Both the position numbers and the translations under genes were made by a program. Under the pieces are notes generated by a model, which did no database searches, was not told the DNA's origin, and saw nothing but the letters and a program-made list of their open reading frames with translations. From an uncultured Phycisphaerales bacterium (GTDB lineage Bacteria; Planctomycetota; Phycisphaerae; Tepidisphaerales; Tepidisphaeraceae), in contig CAWJPJ010000007.1 of assembly GCA_963844715.1 (NCBI GenBank), positions 288,001-352,000 of the forward strand: 64,000 bases of DNA, given 5' to 3'. Shown here in pieces: positions 19,460-29,862 of this stretch. Each line of letters starts with the position of its first letter. Position 1 is the first letter of the stretch.

Positions 19460-20464
19460 CTAGCGCTTCATGTTGGAGCTGTGACCCGGGAAAACGTGGG
19501 CGGAGGGATCGAGATAATGCTTCGCGTAATTGACCGCCACGCAGGCTTCTCCGAATCCCGTCGCGATGAGCTTTAGTTTTCCCGGGAATGCCGCAATATC
19601 ACCCGCCGCGAAAATTCCCGGCCGGCTCGTCTGCATCGTGTGATCGACGCGGATGGAACCCCCTTCGATCTGAAGCCCCCAATCCTTTATCGGACCCAGG
19701 GAATTGTGAAATCCGACGTTGACCAGCACGGCATCGACGTCGAGCATTTGCTCGTCTTTTGTGACATTGTGGTAAACGATGGCTTTCTCGACGCGCCCCG
19801 CCCCCTCGATGCGCTTGAGTTCAAAGGGCGTGAGAATCTTCGTCGGCCCGCGGCGCATCACCGCGACGGCTTCCTCGTGCGCCCGGAACTGATCCCGGCG
19901 GTGAATAAGGGTGATGCTCCCGGCGACCGGAGAAAGCGTGTTTGCCCAATCCACGGCGCTATCCCCCCCGCCGACGATGAGAACGCGCTTGCCGCGCATG
20001 ATTTGCAATTCGCGCACGAAGTAGTGGATGCCGCGTCCGGCATATTCCGGAGCTTCCGGCAAAGGCAGAGTCTTCGGCTCGAAGGCGCCGATCCCGGCCG
20101 CGATGATGATCGCCCGGCTTTTGTGAACGCCCGTCTGGGTATGGAGCGAGAAAATCTTGTCCTCGCCCTCTTCGAGTTTTTCGACGCGCTGCCCCAGGCA
20201 GACCTCGGGGTGATATTGCATCGCCTGGTCGATGAGATTTTTCGCCAGGTCCTTGGCGTAAACTTTTGAGAACCCCGCGACGTCGTAAATGAACTTTTCC
20301 GGGTAGAGGGCCATCAACTGGCCGCCGAGGAGTTCCAGCGAATCCATGATCGCCACAGACATTCCGCGGAGCCCGGCATAGAACGCGGCGAAGAGCCCCG
20401 TGGGGCCCCCGCCGATGATCGTGACATCCGCGACGCTGCTGCTTCGGGTTCCTGCCGGGTCCAT
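19460..20464 (-). CDS. Ferredoxin--NADP reductase / thioredoxin-reductase-like flavoprotein (YumC type)
   Basis: IIGGGPTGLFAAFYAG, GGQLMALYPEKFIYDVAG, GGGDSAVDW, KLKLIATGFGE, PGHSS; no CxxC. Confidence 0.9.
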   Translation of the reverse strand: MDPAGTRSSSVADVTIIGGGPTGLFAAFYAGLRGMSVAIMDSLELLGGQLMALYPEKFIYDVAGFSKVYAKDLAKNLIDQAMQYHPEVCLGQRVEKLEEGEDKIFSLHTQTGVHKSRAIIIAAGIGAFEPKTLPLPEAPEYAGRGIHYFVRELQIMRGKRVLIVGGGDSAVDWANTLSPVAGSITLIHRRDQFRAHEEAVAVMRRGPTKILTPFELKRIEGAGRVEKAIVYHNVTKDEQMLDVDAVLVNVGFHNSLGPIKDWGLQIEGGSIRVDHTMQTSRPGIFAAGDIAAFPGKLKLIATGFGEACVAVNYAKHYLDPSAHVFPGHSSNMKR

Positions 20465-20544
20465 TTAGATTGGGCATTGTAGGGAACGCCACCAAAGGTC
20501 CAACTCGCGCGCAAAATCACTATGGCGGAGTTTAATAAATATTA

Positions 20545-20586
20545 AATCTCAGATCCCGGATTTCAGATCTCAAATCTCAAATCCTT
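20545..20586 (+). repeat. Degenerate heptamer tandem repeat (RATYYCA-like x6)
   Basis: AATCTCA GATCCCG GATTTCA GATCTCA AATCTCA AATCCTT. Confidence 0.6.
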
Positions 20587-20595
20587 GCATTACTC

Positions 20596-21546
20596 TCATT
20601 CAGCTTTGACCCCAAGCTTAGCCAAAAGCTCGTCGAACTGATCGAGGTTCGCATAGTGGACGACCATTCGTCCCCGCCCTTTGCCCGACGACCGAACCTG
20701 AACTCGCATACCCAGTTGCCGAGAGATGGACTTCTCCAGATCAGCCAGATGAGCCGCCGACCCCGGCGGACGGCGGGGGCTCGTGGGCTCCGCCTCCGCT
20801 TGACGGAGACGTTCCAGATTTCTGACCGACAGGCTTTGGGAGACGATCGTTTCGGCCAACCTTACCTGCTGGAGAAGGTCTTGCACGCCAGCGAGAAGCT
20901 TAGCATGGCCAAGGGTCACACGCCCGTCGCGCACCATTTCCCGGACCTGCTCAGCCAGATCCAAGAGGCGGAGAAAGTTTGCAATGCTGCTGCGCTCTTC
21001 GCCCAGACGCCCGGCCAATTCGGCTTGTGTGAGTCCAAGCTGCTCGACCAGCGCTCGGTATCCTTCGGCACGATCAATCGGATTCAAGTCCTCCCGCTGG
21101 ATATTCTCGATCAAAGCCAGCTGAGCCTGGGTCGGCGCGTCGACATCCCGCACGATAACCGGAACCGTCGCAAGCCCGGCGAGCTTGGCGGCCCGCCAGC
21201 GGCGCTCGCCCGCGATAAGCTCGAACCCCTCCCCTTGCCTGCGGACGACCAGAGGCTGGATGATCCCCGCAGCTTTGAGACTGGCGGCAAGCTCGGCGAT
21301 GGTCGAGTCAGAAATGGTCTTCCTAGGCTGCCGGGGATTCGGGCGAATCTCGTCAATTGCGACCTGCAACGGCTCGCCGGCCCCCCCGCCACCGGCGCGA
21401 TCAAATTCGCCGCCCGCGCGCTGATCCGCGACGCGGGCTTGCCCAGTTGACGCCGAGATTTCCGCCTCGACAGGAAGCTCCGAGACCGAGATCAAGCTAC
21501 TAAGCCCGCGACCGAGACGCGGTTTGGATTTATGGGGTTGGGCCAT
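20596..21546 (-). CDS. parB: Chromosome partitioning protein ParB/Spo0J
   Basis: LGRGLSSLI, PNPRQPRK, LIAGERRWRAA, ENIQREDLNPI, HTH, GHAKLL. Confidence 0.95.
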   Translation of the reverse strand: MAQPHKSKPRLGRGLSSLISVSELPVEAEISASTGQARVADQRAGGEFDRAGGGGAGEPLQVAIDEIRPNPRQPRKTISDSTIAELAASLKAAGIIQPLVVRRQGEGFELIAGERRWRAAKLAGLATVPVIVRDVDAPTQAQLALIENIQREDLNPIDRAEGYRALVEQLGLTQAELAGRLGEERSSIANFLRLLDLAEQVREMVRDGRVTLGHAKLLAGVQDLLQQVRLAETIVSQSLSVRNLERLRQAEAEPTSPRRPPGSAAHLADLEKSISRQLGMRVQVRSSGKGRGRMVVHYANLDQFDELLAKLGVKAE

Positions 21547-21580
21547 TTCAAGGACTCCTTTCCTTGGAGTGAGAAGGGGA

Positions 21581-21596
21581 TGTTCCACGTGGAACT
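21581..21596. promoter_or_regulatory. parS centromere-like site
   Basis: TGTTCCACGTGGAACT matches the parS palindrome TGTTNCACGTGNAACA at 15 of 16 positions; lies about 35 nt upstream of parB. Confidence 0.85.
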
Positions 21597-21805
21597 TTCG
21601 CCACGATCGGAACCAATAGATATCACTGCCGATTCGCAATTGCAAATTCGGCGCGGAAGGGATTGCCAATGCTGACCCGGATCTGGATCATTCCAAAGAA
21701 GCCACACTCAATTGTGTCTGTTTTATATTCACTAAATATTGCGTGCTCAATGCGTTATCGCCCGGTATGGAAGGATTTTGCGCCGCCGCTATAATCCGGC
21801 CCGCT

Positions 21806-23080
21806 ATGCCGTATACGCTCAGCCAGACCAGCAGTGACCTCGTTCCGCCGGAATTGGGGGGAAAAGTGGGGGAGGACCGCTGGACCCTGAATTTCGGGCC
21901 CCAGCATCCGGCAACCCATACAACCCTCCGGCTGGTCCTGGAATTGGACGGGGAGCGCATCCTCCGCGCCACGCCGCATATCGGGTATCTGCACAGCGGT
22001 TTCGAGAAACTCGGCGAGCACCTTAATTACAACCAATATGTGACCATCGTGGATCGCATGGACTATTCCGCGCCGATCTACAACGAATTGGCGTGGCATG
22101 GGGCGGCCGAGAAATTGATGGCGATCGAGCTAACTCCTCGCTGCAAGGTCTTGCGCACGATAGCGGGGGAGCTGGGCCGGATTCAGTCGCACCTGCTTTG
22201 CGTCGGCGCGGCCGGTTTGGACCTGGGGGCCTTCACCGCATTTCTTTACGGGTTCAACCAGCGCGAAACGATTTACGACATCGTCGAATACATGTCCGGC
22301 CAGCGGTTCCACACCAGTTGGACGCGGGTAGGGGGGCTGAACATGGATCTGCCCGATGAGGCCGTCTTCAAGCGGATGGTGAAGAAGTTTGTGAATGAAG
22401 ACATGCCGTCGGCGATGGCGGACGTCGAAGCGCTGCTGAATAAAAATCGAATTTTCGTGGATCGCACCAAGGGCATCGGCATCATCAGCCGCGAAGAAGC
22501 GATCGCCTGGAGCTTGTCCGGACCCATGGCCCGCGCCAGCGGCGTGCGGCGCGACATCCGAAAGGATGATCCCTATCTTTGCTTCAAGGATAATTGGGAC
22601 GGAGAAGGAGCTCCGGCCGTCGATTTCAAAGTCCCGGTGATGACCACCGGCGACGTTTACGCTCGATACCTGGTGCGCCTCGAAGAGATGAAGCAGAGCC
22701 TGGCGATCATCCGGCAACTGATCGACCACATTCCGCCGGGCGCGGTGAATGTCAGCCCGGAGGGGAAAGACGTTTTGCCCCCAAAAAACCAGGTCTACAG
22801 CAGCATCGAAGGGCTGATCCAGCACTTCGAGCTGATCATGACCAATCGCGGATTCGAGGCTCCCAAAGGGGAAGTCTACAATTGCATAGAAAGTGGGAAC
22901 GGGGAGCTTGGCTACTACGTCGTCTCGGCCGGCGAGAACGTCCCATGGCGCGTCCGCACGCGGCCGCCGTGCTTTATCAATTACCAGGTTTTCCCGAAGC
23001 TTATCGAAGGCCACATGATTTCGGATGTAGTGGCGGTACTCGGAAGCATCAACATCATCGCCGCCGAACTGGATAGATAA
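21806..23080 (+). CDS. nuoD: NADH-quinone oxidoreductase subunit D
   Basis: LNFGPQHPATHTTLRL, GYLHSGFEK, GELGYY, IIAAELDR. Confidence 0.95.
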   Translation: MPYTLSQTSSDLVPPELGGKVGEDRWTLNFGPQHPATHTTLRLVLELDGERILRATPHIGYLHSGFEKLGEHLNYNQYVTIVDRMDYSAPIYNELAWHGAAEKLMAIELTPRCKVLRTIAGELGRIQSHLLCVGAAGLDLGAFTAFLYGFNQRETIYDIVEYMSGQRFHTSWTRVGGLNMDLPDEAVFKRMVKKFVNEDMPSAMADVEALLNKNRIFVDRTKGIGIISREEAIAWSLSGPMARASGVRRDIRKDDPYLCFKDNWDGEGAPAVDFKVPVMTTGDVYARYLVRLEEMKQSLAIIRQLIDHIPPGAVNVSPEGKDVLPPKNQVYSSIEGLIQHFELIMTNRGFEAPKGEVYNCIESGNGELGYYVVSAGENVPWRVRTRPPCFINYQVFPKLIEGHMISDVVAVLGSINIIAAELDR

Positions 23081-23082
23081 CC

Positions 23083-23664
23083 ATGGCTTGGATTACGGAA
23101 AATCGTCGTACAGCAACGGTCGAGCGCCGTGCCGAGCCGTATCTCACGCCGGAGATAAAGGACGGTTTAGCTAAAAAATATTTCCCGCGCTATCCGAACA
23201 AACGCGCGGTGTTGCTGCCGGCGCTGCATGAAGTTCAACACGCATATGGCTGGATTCCCACCCAGGCGTTGGAAGAAATTGCCGCGTTTTTGGAAATGGC
23301 GCCGGCCGAAGTCATGGATACGGCCACTTTTTACGAGGAATACTGGCTCAAGCCTAAGGGGCAATATTTGCTTCAGGTTTGCCGGTCGCTTTCCTGCGAG
23401 ATTTGCGAATCGAAGAAGCTCACGGATCATTTGAGTAAGACGCTGGGAATTGAACTGGGGGAGACAACCAGTAATGGGCGGTTCACGCTGGTGGAATTAG
23501 AATGCCTGGGGGCGTGCGAGCTGGCGCCGGTGATGCTCATCAACGAAGTGCTGCACGAGAATCTGACGGTCGCGCGGGTGGACGAGTTGATCGCGCGCTT
23601 GCCGGCGGATGCGAATGATTATCACGATCCGGCGATTACATGGAGCGACGGCGGGGGGCACTGA
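23083..23664 (+). CDS. nuoE: NADH-quinone oxidoreductase subunit E
   Basis: CRSLSC and CLGAC 2Fe-2S motifs; ATFY. Confidence 0.9.
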   Translation: MAWITENRRTATVERRAEPYLTPEIKDGLAKKYFPRYPNKRAVLLPALHEVQHAYGWIPTQALEEIAAFLEMAPAEVMDTATFYEEYWLKPKGQYLLQVCRSLSCEICESKKLTDHLSKTLGIELGETTSNGRFTLVELECLGACELAPVMLINEVLHENLTVARVDELIARLPADANDYHDPAITWSDGGGH

Positions 23665-24248
23665 TGCCGCCGGCGCACAGCATCGCGGGTATTTTTTTTA
23701 TATTGGCTGCGTGCGCGGGACTCGGGTGGTGGGTCTTCTGGGCTTATTTCGACACATACCATCTGGCCACGGTGCAGCCGGGCGTGCTCTATCGCGACGG
23801 CGTGCGGAGCTTGCGGCAATTCAAACTGGCGGCAGAAAAGACGCACGTAAGGACGGTCGTGTCGCTCGTCGACGATCAGGAGATTCAGCAGCCGCCATTT
23901 ACCGATGAGATGAATTATTGTGCGGCGCACGGGATAACGGTGGTGCGCGTGCCGATTGTGCTGGGGGGCTGGCCGAGCGGGGATGAGATCAAGCAGTTTT
24001 TAGCCGTGGTCGCAGACCCGACGAACCGGCCGGTTTTAGTCCATTGCGCCCAGGGCGTGCGCCGGACGGGGATGATGGTCGCGGCATATCAAATCTCGGT
24101 GCTCAATTACGACAAAGAGAAAACGACGGCGGACATGCTCACCTTTGGGCACAGCCAGCGCACGGTGGGGGATGTGCAGCGGTTCATCGATACCTATGAT
24201 CCTCAGACGCAGTCGATGACCCAGGATTTGCCGCAATCGGTCGAGTAG
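23664..24248 (+). CDS. Membrane-anchored Cys-based tyrosine/dual-specificity phosphatase
   Basis: N-terminal TM; PVLVHCAQGVRRTG (CX5R); TGATG overlap with nuoE. Confidence 0.85.
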   Translation: MPPAHSIAGIFFILAACAGLGWWVFWAYFDTYHLATVQPGVLYRDGVRSLRQFKLAAEKTHVRTVVSLVDDQEIQQPPFTDEMNYCAAHGITVVRVPIVLGGWPSGDEIKQFLAVVADPTNRPVLVHCAQGVRRTGMMVAAYQISVLNYDKEKTTADMLTFGHSQRTVGDVQRFIDTYDPQTQSMTQDLPQSVE

Positions 24249-24264
24249 CGGATTCGAAATTGCC

Positions 24265-24537
24265 ATGACGAAGAAACTGACATATGACCTTCCGAAGCCA
24301 ATGCCGGCAAGTCACGACTGCTTGCCCCACGCGGCGATGAACCTGGGCGCGCCCCGAAGCGGCGGCCTGCGTCCGCTCAGCGGCGAGGTAAAGCGCCTTG
24401 TCATCGAAGCGCAACTGGGGAATTGGGTTTTGTATCGCTTGGATGATTCCGGCGGATTTGTGGGGGATACCTGGCATGGGACGCTGGAAGATGCCGTCGC
24501 ACAAGCCAAAAAAGAATTCGGCGTGGATATGATCTGA
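24265..24537 (+). CDS. Hypothetical protein (GDTWH..LEDA..QA..EFGV motif)
   Basis: 90-aa ORF packed in operon orientation. Confidence 0.6.
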   Translation: MTKKLTYDLPKPMPASHDCLPHAAMNLGAPRSGGLRPLSGEVKRLVIEAQLGNWVLYRLDDSGGFVGDTWHGTLEDAVAQAKKEFGVDMI

Positions 24538-24540
24538 TTC

Positions 24541-24783
24541 ATGGCCATTCAAAAACGCCAATCCGGAGGTGGCTTTTTCGCCTGGCTGGGCCGGCAGGTG
24601 GGGCACGTCAAAAAGGCGGTTCAAACGGACGTGACCGAGGGACAGCCGAAGACGGTTTTTCGGGATCAGCATGTCGAAGAGAAGCCGCTGCCAAGCGATC
24701 CGAATGTTAAATTGCGCCGCACGGTAATTGATGAGGTGATCGTTCAGCCAAAATCAGGGCAATCCGAGGGTAAAAGGGGATGA
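24541..24783 (+). CDS. Hypothetical protein
   Basis: 80-aa ORF 3 nt after previous stop; KLRRTVIDEV. Confidence 0.55.
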   Translation: MAIQKRQSGGGFFAWLGRQVGHVKKAVQTDVTEGQPKTVFRDQHVEEKPLPSDPNVKLRRTVIDEVIVQPKSGQSEGKRG

Positions 24784-24857
24784 TTTTGGAAACCCCTGCA
24801 CAATTAAGCAGGAATCAAATATACTTCCGCATCCGCGTAATTGGAGAGTAGTCGAAC

Positions 24858-26205
24858 ATGGCTTACAGCGAACCGGTTCTGGTCAAGCGAATTGATGCCG
24901 ACCCCGCGAAGCGGAAAATTCATTGGTACGACGATTACGTCGCCACCGGCGGTTACATCGCCCTGCGCAAGGCGCTGGATCTGAAGCCGGACGACATCAT
25001 CAAGACCGTGACGGACTCAGGGCTGCGCGGCGCGGGGCGCCGGCTTTTCGGCGGGCCAGAAATGGGCGTTTATTCCCAAGGAAAAGAAGGGTCCGCACTA
25101 CCTGGCGGTGAACGCCGATGAATCGGAACCGGGGACGTTCAAGGATCGTTACTTGATGGAATACGATCCGCATTCGATGCTCGAGGGGATCGCCATCGCG
25201 GCGATCGCGACGCGGCTCGATGTCGCGTACATCTTCATCCGTGGCGAATATCACCGGCAGACGGAAATCCTGGATCGCGCAGTTCAGGAAGCCTACGACC
25301 ACGGCATCTTTGGACAAAAAGGAATTTTCGGCAGCCAATACAAGGTGGAATGTTACGTCCACCGCGGGGCCGGGGCGTACATCTGCGGTGAAGAGACAGG
25401 ATTGCTGGAAGCGCTCGAGGGAAAGCGGGGCTGGCCGCGCAACAAGCCGCCGTTCCCGGCGATCGCCGGCGCGTTCGCGCGGCCGACGGTAATCAACAAC
25501 GTCGAGACGCTCTGCTGCGTTCCGCCGATTCTGGAGAAGGGACCGGCGTGGTTCAAAACGATGGGGACCCCAAGTTCGCCGGGACCGAAGTTGTATGGGA
25601 TGTCCGGGCATGTGAACAAGCCGGGAATCTATGAGCAGGAGTTGGGGATCACGCTCAATTATGCGATCAACGAACTGGGCGGCGGAATGAAAGGCGGGAA
25701 GCATAAGGGGACGATCTGCGGCGGAATTTCGATGGGCGTCCTGGGGCCAAATCAACTCGACATCAAGCTCGATTTCGACGACGTGCGTTTCCGCGGCGGC
25801 TGCCTGGGCCTGGGAACGGCCGGAATGATCGTCATGAACGACCAGACCGACATGGTGCTGGCCCTGCGCAACTGCCTGAGATTTTATTCGCACGAATCGT
25901 GCGGCCAGTGCACCCCTTGCCGCGAGGGGAGCGCGTGGATGCTGAAGATTATGAATCGCATCCTGGAAGGCCAGGGAAAGCTCGCAGATCTGGAGATGCT
26001 TCTGGAATTGGAGAAAACGCAGGGGATCATGCCCGGGACAACGATCTGCGGCCTCGCTGATGGCACGGCCTGGGCGACGCGAACATTTATCAATAAATAT
26101 TACGACGAGTTCGCGGCACGATGCACGGCGGAGCCGACGGTGCCGATCACAATCAAGCGCGGCACGAAGAATGTGCTGGTGCCGATGGGGTCGAATACGA
26201 GATAG
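24858..26205 (+). CDS. nuoF: NADH-quinone oxidoreductase subunit F (indel near 25030-25040)
   Basis: SGLRG, NADESEPGTFKDR, GAGAYICGEET, ESCGQCTPCREG, TICGL. Confidence 0.95.
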
Positions 26206-26227
26206 GTTTTTGTCGAAGTTTTCAGCG

Positions 26228-26260
26228 AAGCCAACGGATGGCCATCCGTTGGCTTTTTTT
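26228..26260 (+). terminator. Rho-independent terminator after nuoF
   Basis: Perfect 28-nt palindrome AAGCCAACGGATGGCCATCCGTTGGCTT plus T-run. Confidence 0.85.
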
Positions 26261-26283
26261 GTCGGAATGAATTCCGTGAATCG

Positions 26284-27971
26284 CTATTTATCGCGACGCG
26301 ACGTTGTATGCGATTGAATCGCAGCCAAGTGTTCTCGCACGCCCGGCAGGTCCGGCCGAAGTTCCAACGCTTTTTGAAATTCCGCAATAGCCGCTTCTTT
26401 CGTGCCGAAGGTTTCGTTCCAAATTCCCAGAATAAAGTGGGCCTGGGCATAGCTGGGACGCTCTTTGATCGATTCCTGAAGAAGGAGGCGGGCCTGTGTT
26501 GCCAGGGCCTCGTTGTGCTGGGCGTAGGCCTCCTGGGCCAGCATCTGGGCGTAGTTGGTCATGGCGGAAATGTCATTGGGATTCTGGGTCAGCAGCCAAC
26601 GATAGTGCAGGGCGGCTTCGGGGAAATCATCTCTGTCGGCCAGGAGATTGGCGAGATTGTTGTGCGCGGTTCTGGATTCGGGGTCGAGTTGTAGAGCCTG
26701 GCGATATTCGGCGATGGCGACCGTCGGGTTGTGCTTTTGCTGGGCCACCAGGCCTAGCCCGGCGTGGGCGCCGGCGGAGTCAGGGTTGGTTATGGACCAC
26801 TGAACGGCGAATGATGTGTCATCCGTGTACGCGCTGCGCGCAAGCAACTGACGAAGGCGAGACAGGCGATCCAGCCGACCGCGATCGCGGCGGCCGAGCG
26901 ACGAATGAGAGGGCGCTTGATTCGCAGGATGAGCACAGCGCCCAACGCCGCGACGGCTGGAAGCGCGAGGGCCACATAGCGCTCGGAGTAGGGCGCCTCC
27001 TGGCGGAACATGTGGGCGGTGGGGAGTTGGGTGAGAATGAACCAGCCTAGCCAGTACGCGGCAATTAACTTGAGGGATTTCTCAGCCGGGAAGATCCAGC
27101 AAATGAGCGCGACGAGGAAAAGGAGAGAGATTGCGGTGAGCGTTGGATCGAGCCAGACGTCCATCGTGGGCTCGTAGTGCAAAGTCATGAACGGGACGAC
27201 CGCGGATTGCAGTCCGTAAAGAAGGCTGGTGAGTGGGGCGGCGGGATGGTTCTGAATGTCCCAGTGAATCGTCGGGGCCTGGAAAACGAGATGGCGGACA
27301 AAAAAATATCCGCCGAGAAGAAGGACGGGAGGAAGATATCGGAGGATAGGGTGCGGGCGGCGCGGAAGAAGAAGCAGATCGGCAAGTAGAAAAATTCCGG
27401 GCAGGACGGCGGCCTGCTCCTTGGCGAGGAGGGCGACGGCGAAGAGAACCATCGCGAGCCAATATTCGACGGCGGATGATCCCAGGTAAGCCCAGGCGGA
27501 AAGGAGAATCAGAAAGGCGGGAAGAAGAGTCTCGCGGCCACTGGCGGCGGGATAGACGGATTCTGAAAAAGACGGGTGCAGGGAGAACCAAAGCGCGGCC
27601 AGGAGGGAGGCCAGCGGAGTCAGGGCAAAGGGCTCCCGGCGAAAGAGGGCATAGCCCGCCAGCATCGTCAGACCCGCGAGGCAGGCGTTGAACAGATGAT
27701 ACGGGCGCGGGTCGGTTCCCCAAATCGTGCGCTGGACCGCAAACGTCATCCGTGTGATCGGGCGGTAATAGGGAAAATTGAGATAGTGCGGCTGGCTGAA
27801 AATCGTGCGAAGATCGGAAACCGTGTGCAGCGGGAACTGGTTTTCGATCACTTCGTGGTCGTCATAGACGAACTGGTTATTCCAACTTGAGGCTGCATAA
27901 AGACCCGCGACCCCAAGGGCGGCGAGGCAGGCATAGATGCATTGTTTGGCGCGGCTGTACAATTGCCACAA
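26284..27971 (-). CDS. TMTC-like multi-TM protein with C-terminal TPR repeats (putative GT-C glycosyltransferase; indel near 26840)
   Basis: FVYDD, YYRP, YHLFN, LHP..SESV...GR, KEQ, ERY motifs, followed by TPRs. Confidence 0.8.
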
Positions 27972-27977
27972 ATTTGT

Positions 27978-29180
27978 ATGACGGAACCGGATGTTTCACA
28001 ACTTCTGACCGTGCAGGCGGCACAGCGGATCATCGACGCGGTGGAGCTGGCGCGGCGGGTCGCCACTAAGCCCATCGGGGAATGCGTCGGTTTGCGTCTG
28101 GCGGAGGAGATTCAATGCGACCGGGATGCGCCGCCGTTTGATAAGAGCCTGATGGATGGATACGCGGTGCGGAGTGGGGATGTAAAGCTGGGCGGCGCCG
28201 AACTGGTCGTTCGCGGGAAGATCGCGGCGGGCCAGACGCCGGGGGGGCCGCTGGGGGCGGGGGAAGCGGCAGCAATCATGACGGGTGCGCCTCTGCCGGA
28301 CGGGGCGGATGCTGTGGTGCCGATTGAATTGACGGAAAAGATTGGGGATCGGGTGCTCTTTATGGCGGGGACGAAGGCGGGGCGTTTCGTGGCGCAGCGC
28401 GGAGGCGACGCGAAGGAGGGGGAGATACTACTTGCGCGCGGCACACGGATCGGCCCAGCCCAGCTGGGCGTACTGGCGAGCGTCGGCAGGGGGCGGGCGG
28501 CGGTTGTGGAAGCACCGACGGCGGCGGTTTTGGCAAACGGGGACGAGCTGGTTGAGATTGACCAGAAGCCGGTGGGGCGCAAATTCGAGCCTCGAACAGT
28601 GTGATGCTAGTGAATTTACTCCAAAAGTGGAATTGTCCCACGACGGATTTGGGATTGGTGCGCGATGATCCGAAATTGATTCGCGCGGCGATGGAGCGCG
28701 GACTGGCCAGTGATTTGCTGTTGGTGAGCGGTGGGATGAGCGTGGGGGAGCGGGATTATGTGCCGGGGATTTTGAAGGAGCTGGGGGCGGAGATGATGAT
28801 CACGAAGCTGCGGATCAAGCCGGGGAAGCCGTTCATTTTCTGGCGGTTGCCCGGGGACAAGTTCGTGTTTGGATTGCCGGGGAACCCCGTGACGCGCGTT
28901 TGTATGCACGGTGGCTCTGGTCAGGCGATTGATCGAGAGATGGATGGGCGGCAATTGGGAAGAAGGGATTCGCGAGGCGGCGCTATCCGAGGGAGTGGAG
29001 GGAAACGGGGTGCGCGAGTTTTATCAGCCGGCGATTTTTGACGGGAGTTTAATCCGTGCCTTGGCCTGGCGAGGGTCGGCGGATGTCTATACTTTGGCGC
29101 GGGCCAATGCCCTGGTGATCCGCCCGGAGAACGATCCGCCCCGGGCCGCGGGGACGCCGGTTCGGTTTTTGGAGATTTGA
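27978..29180 (+). CDS. moeA: Molybdopterin molybdenumtransferase (two indels)
   Basis: PPFDKSLMDGYAV, IMTGAPLPDGADAVV, GDEL, SGGMSVGERD, KPGKP, GLPGNPV. Confidence 0.9.
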
Positions 29181-29296
29181 TTTTGCGCCGCGTGAATTTG
29201 ATTTTGTTGATCTTATTCGTCATCGCGGCGCTGGGGGGATCGTTTACCTGCGACGATAGCAATCATTCGTCGACGGTTTCCTTTGTTGTGCCGTAG
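29177..29296 (+). CDS. Putative 39-aa small membrane/secreted peptide
   Basis: TTG start overlapping the moeA stop; MILRRVNLILLILFVIAALGGSFTCDDSNHSSTVSFVVP*; fills the gap to the next gene. Confidence 0.4.
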   Translation: MILRRVNLILLILFVIAALGGSFTCDDSNHSSTVSFVVP

Positions 29297-29313
29297 AGAA
29301 ATGAGAAAGAGAT

Positions 29314-29862
29314 ATGGATGCACGAACGCCGCTGATCGCAAAGATTATCGAAGCCGATCCGGCGGCGTATGGAAAGCTGGTGGTCGAAGGCGGGACGCCG
29401 GAACTGGCGCGGCAGATGCTGGATGGGGTGACCGCTGAACAACTGGTGGCCGCAAAATCTTCGGCCGATTCGCAGGGGATGCTGGCAGGCCTGTGGCTTT
29501 GGCTGGATGGGCTCGGAGAATCGCATCGGATTAGCCGGGGATTATCGACGCAGACGGGGAGTTTCTGGCACGCGATCATGCATCGCCGCGAGGGAGACTT
29601 TTCGAATTCGAAATATTGGTATGCGCGGGCGGCGGGTCATCCGGCGCTCGCGATTCTCGGGCAGCAGGGTTCGGCGATGGTCAATCCGATGCCGGCGGAC
29701 AAGCGGTTGCTGAAAATCGTCGCCAATGGATGGAATGCCGGCGCGATGGTGGATTTGGCCCGGGAAATGCACGGGCAGCCCCAAGATCCGATCTTTCCGG
29801 CGGCGGTGGCGTTGCAGCGGCTGGAATGGAAAACGCTGTTCGATTACTGCGCTGCGGGCTGA
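29314..29862 (+). CDS. Conserved hypothetical helical protein
   Basis: SH..S........FWHAIMHRREGDFSNSKYWY...EW..LFDYC pattern. Confidence 0.7.
   Translation: MDARTPLIAKIIEADPAAYGKLVVEGGTPELARQMLDGVTAEQLVAAKSSADSQGMLAGLWLWLDGLGESHRISRGLSTQTGSFWHAIMHRREGDFSNSKYWYARAAGHPALAILGQQGSAMVNPMPADKRLLKIVANGWNAGAMVDLAREMHGQPQDPIFPAAVALQRLEWKTLFDYCAAG

Noticed and set aside
21597..21790. oriC in the AT-rich parB/nuoD gap
   Set aside because: No clustered DnaA boxes (TTATCCACA) and no dnaA or dnaN gene visible.
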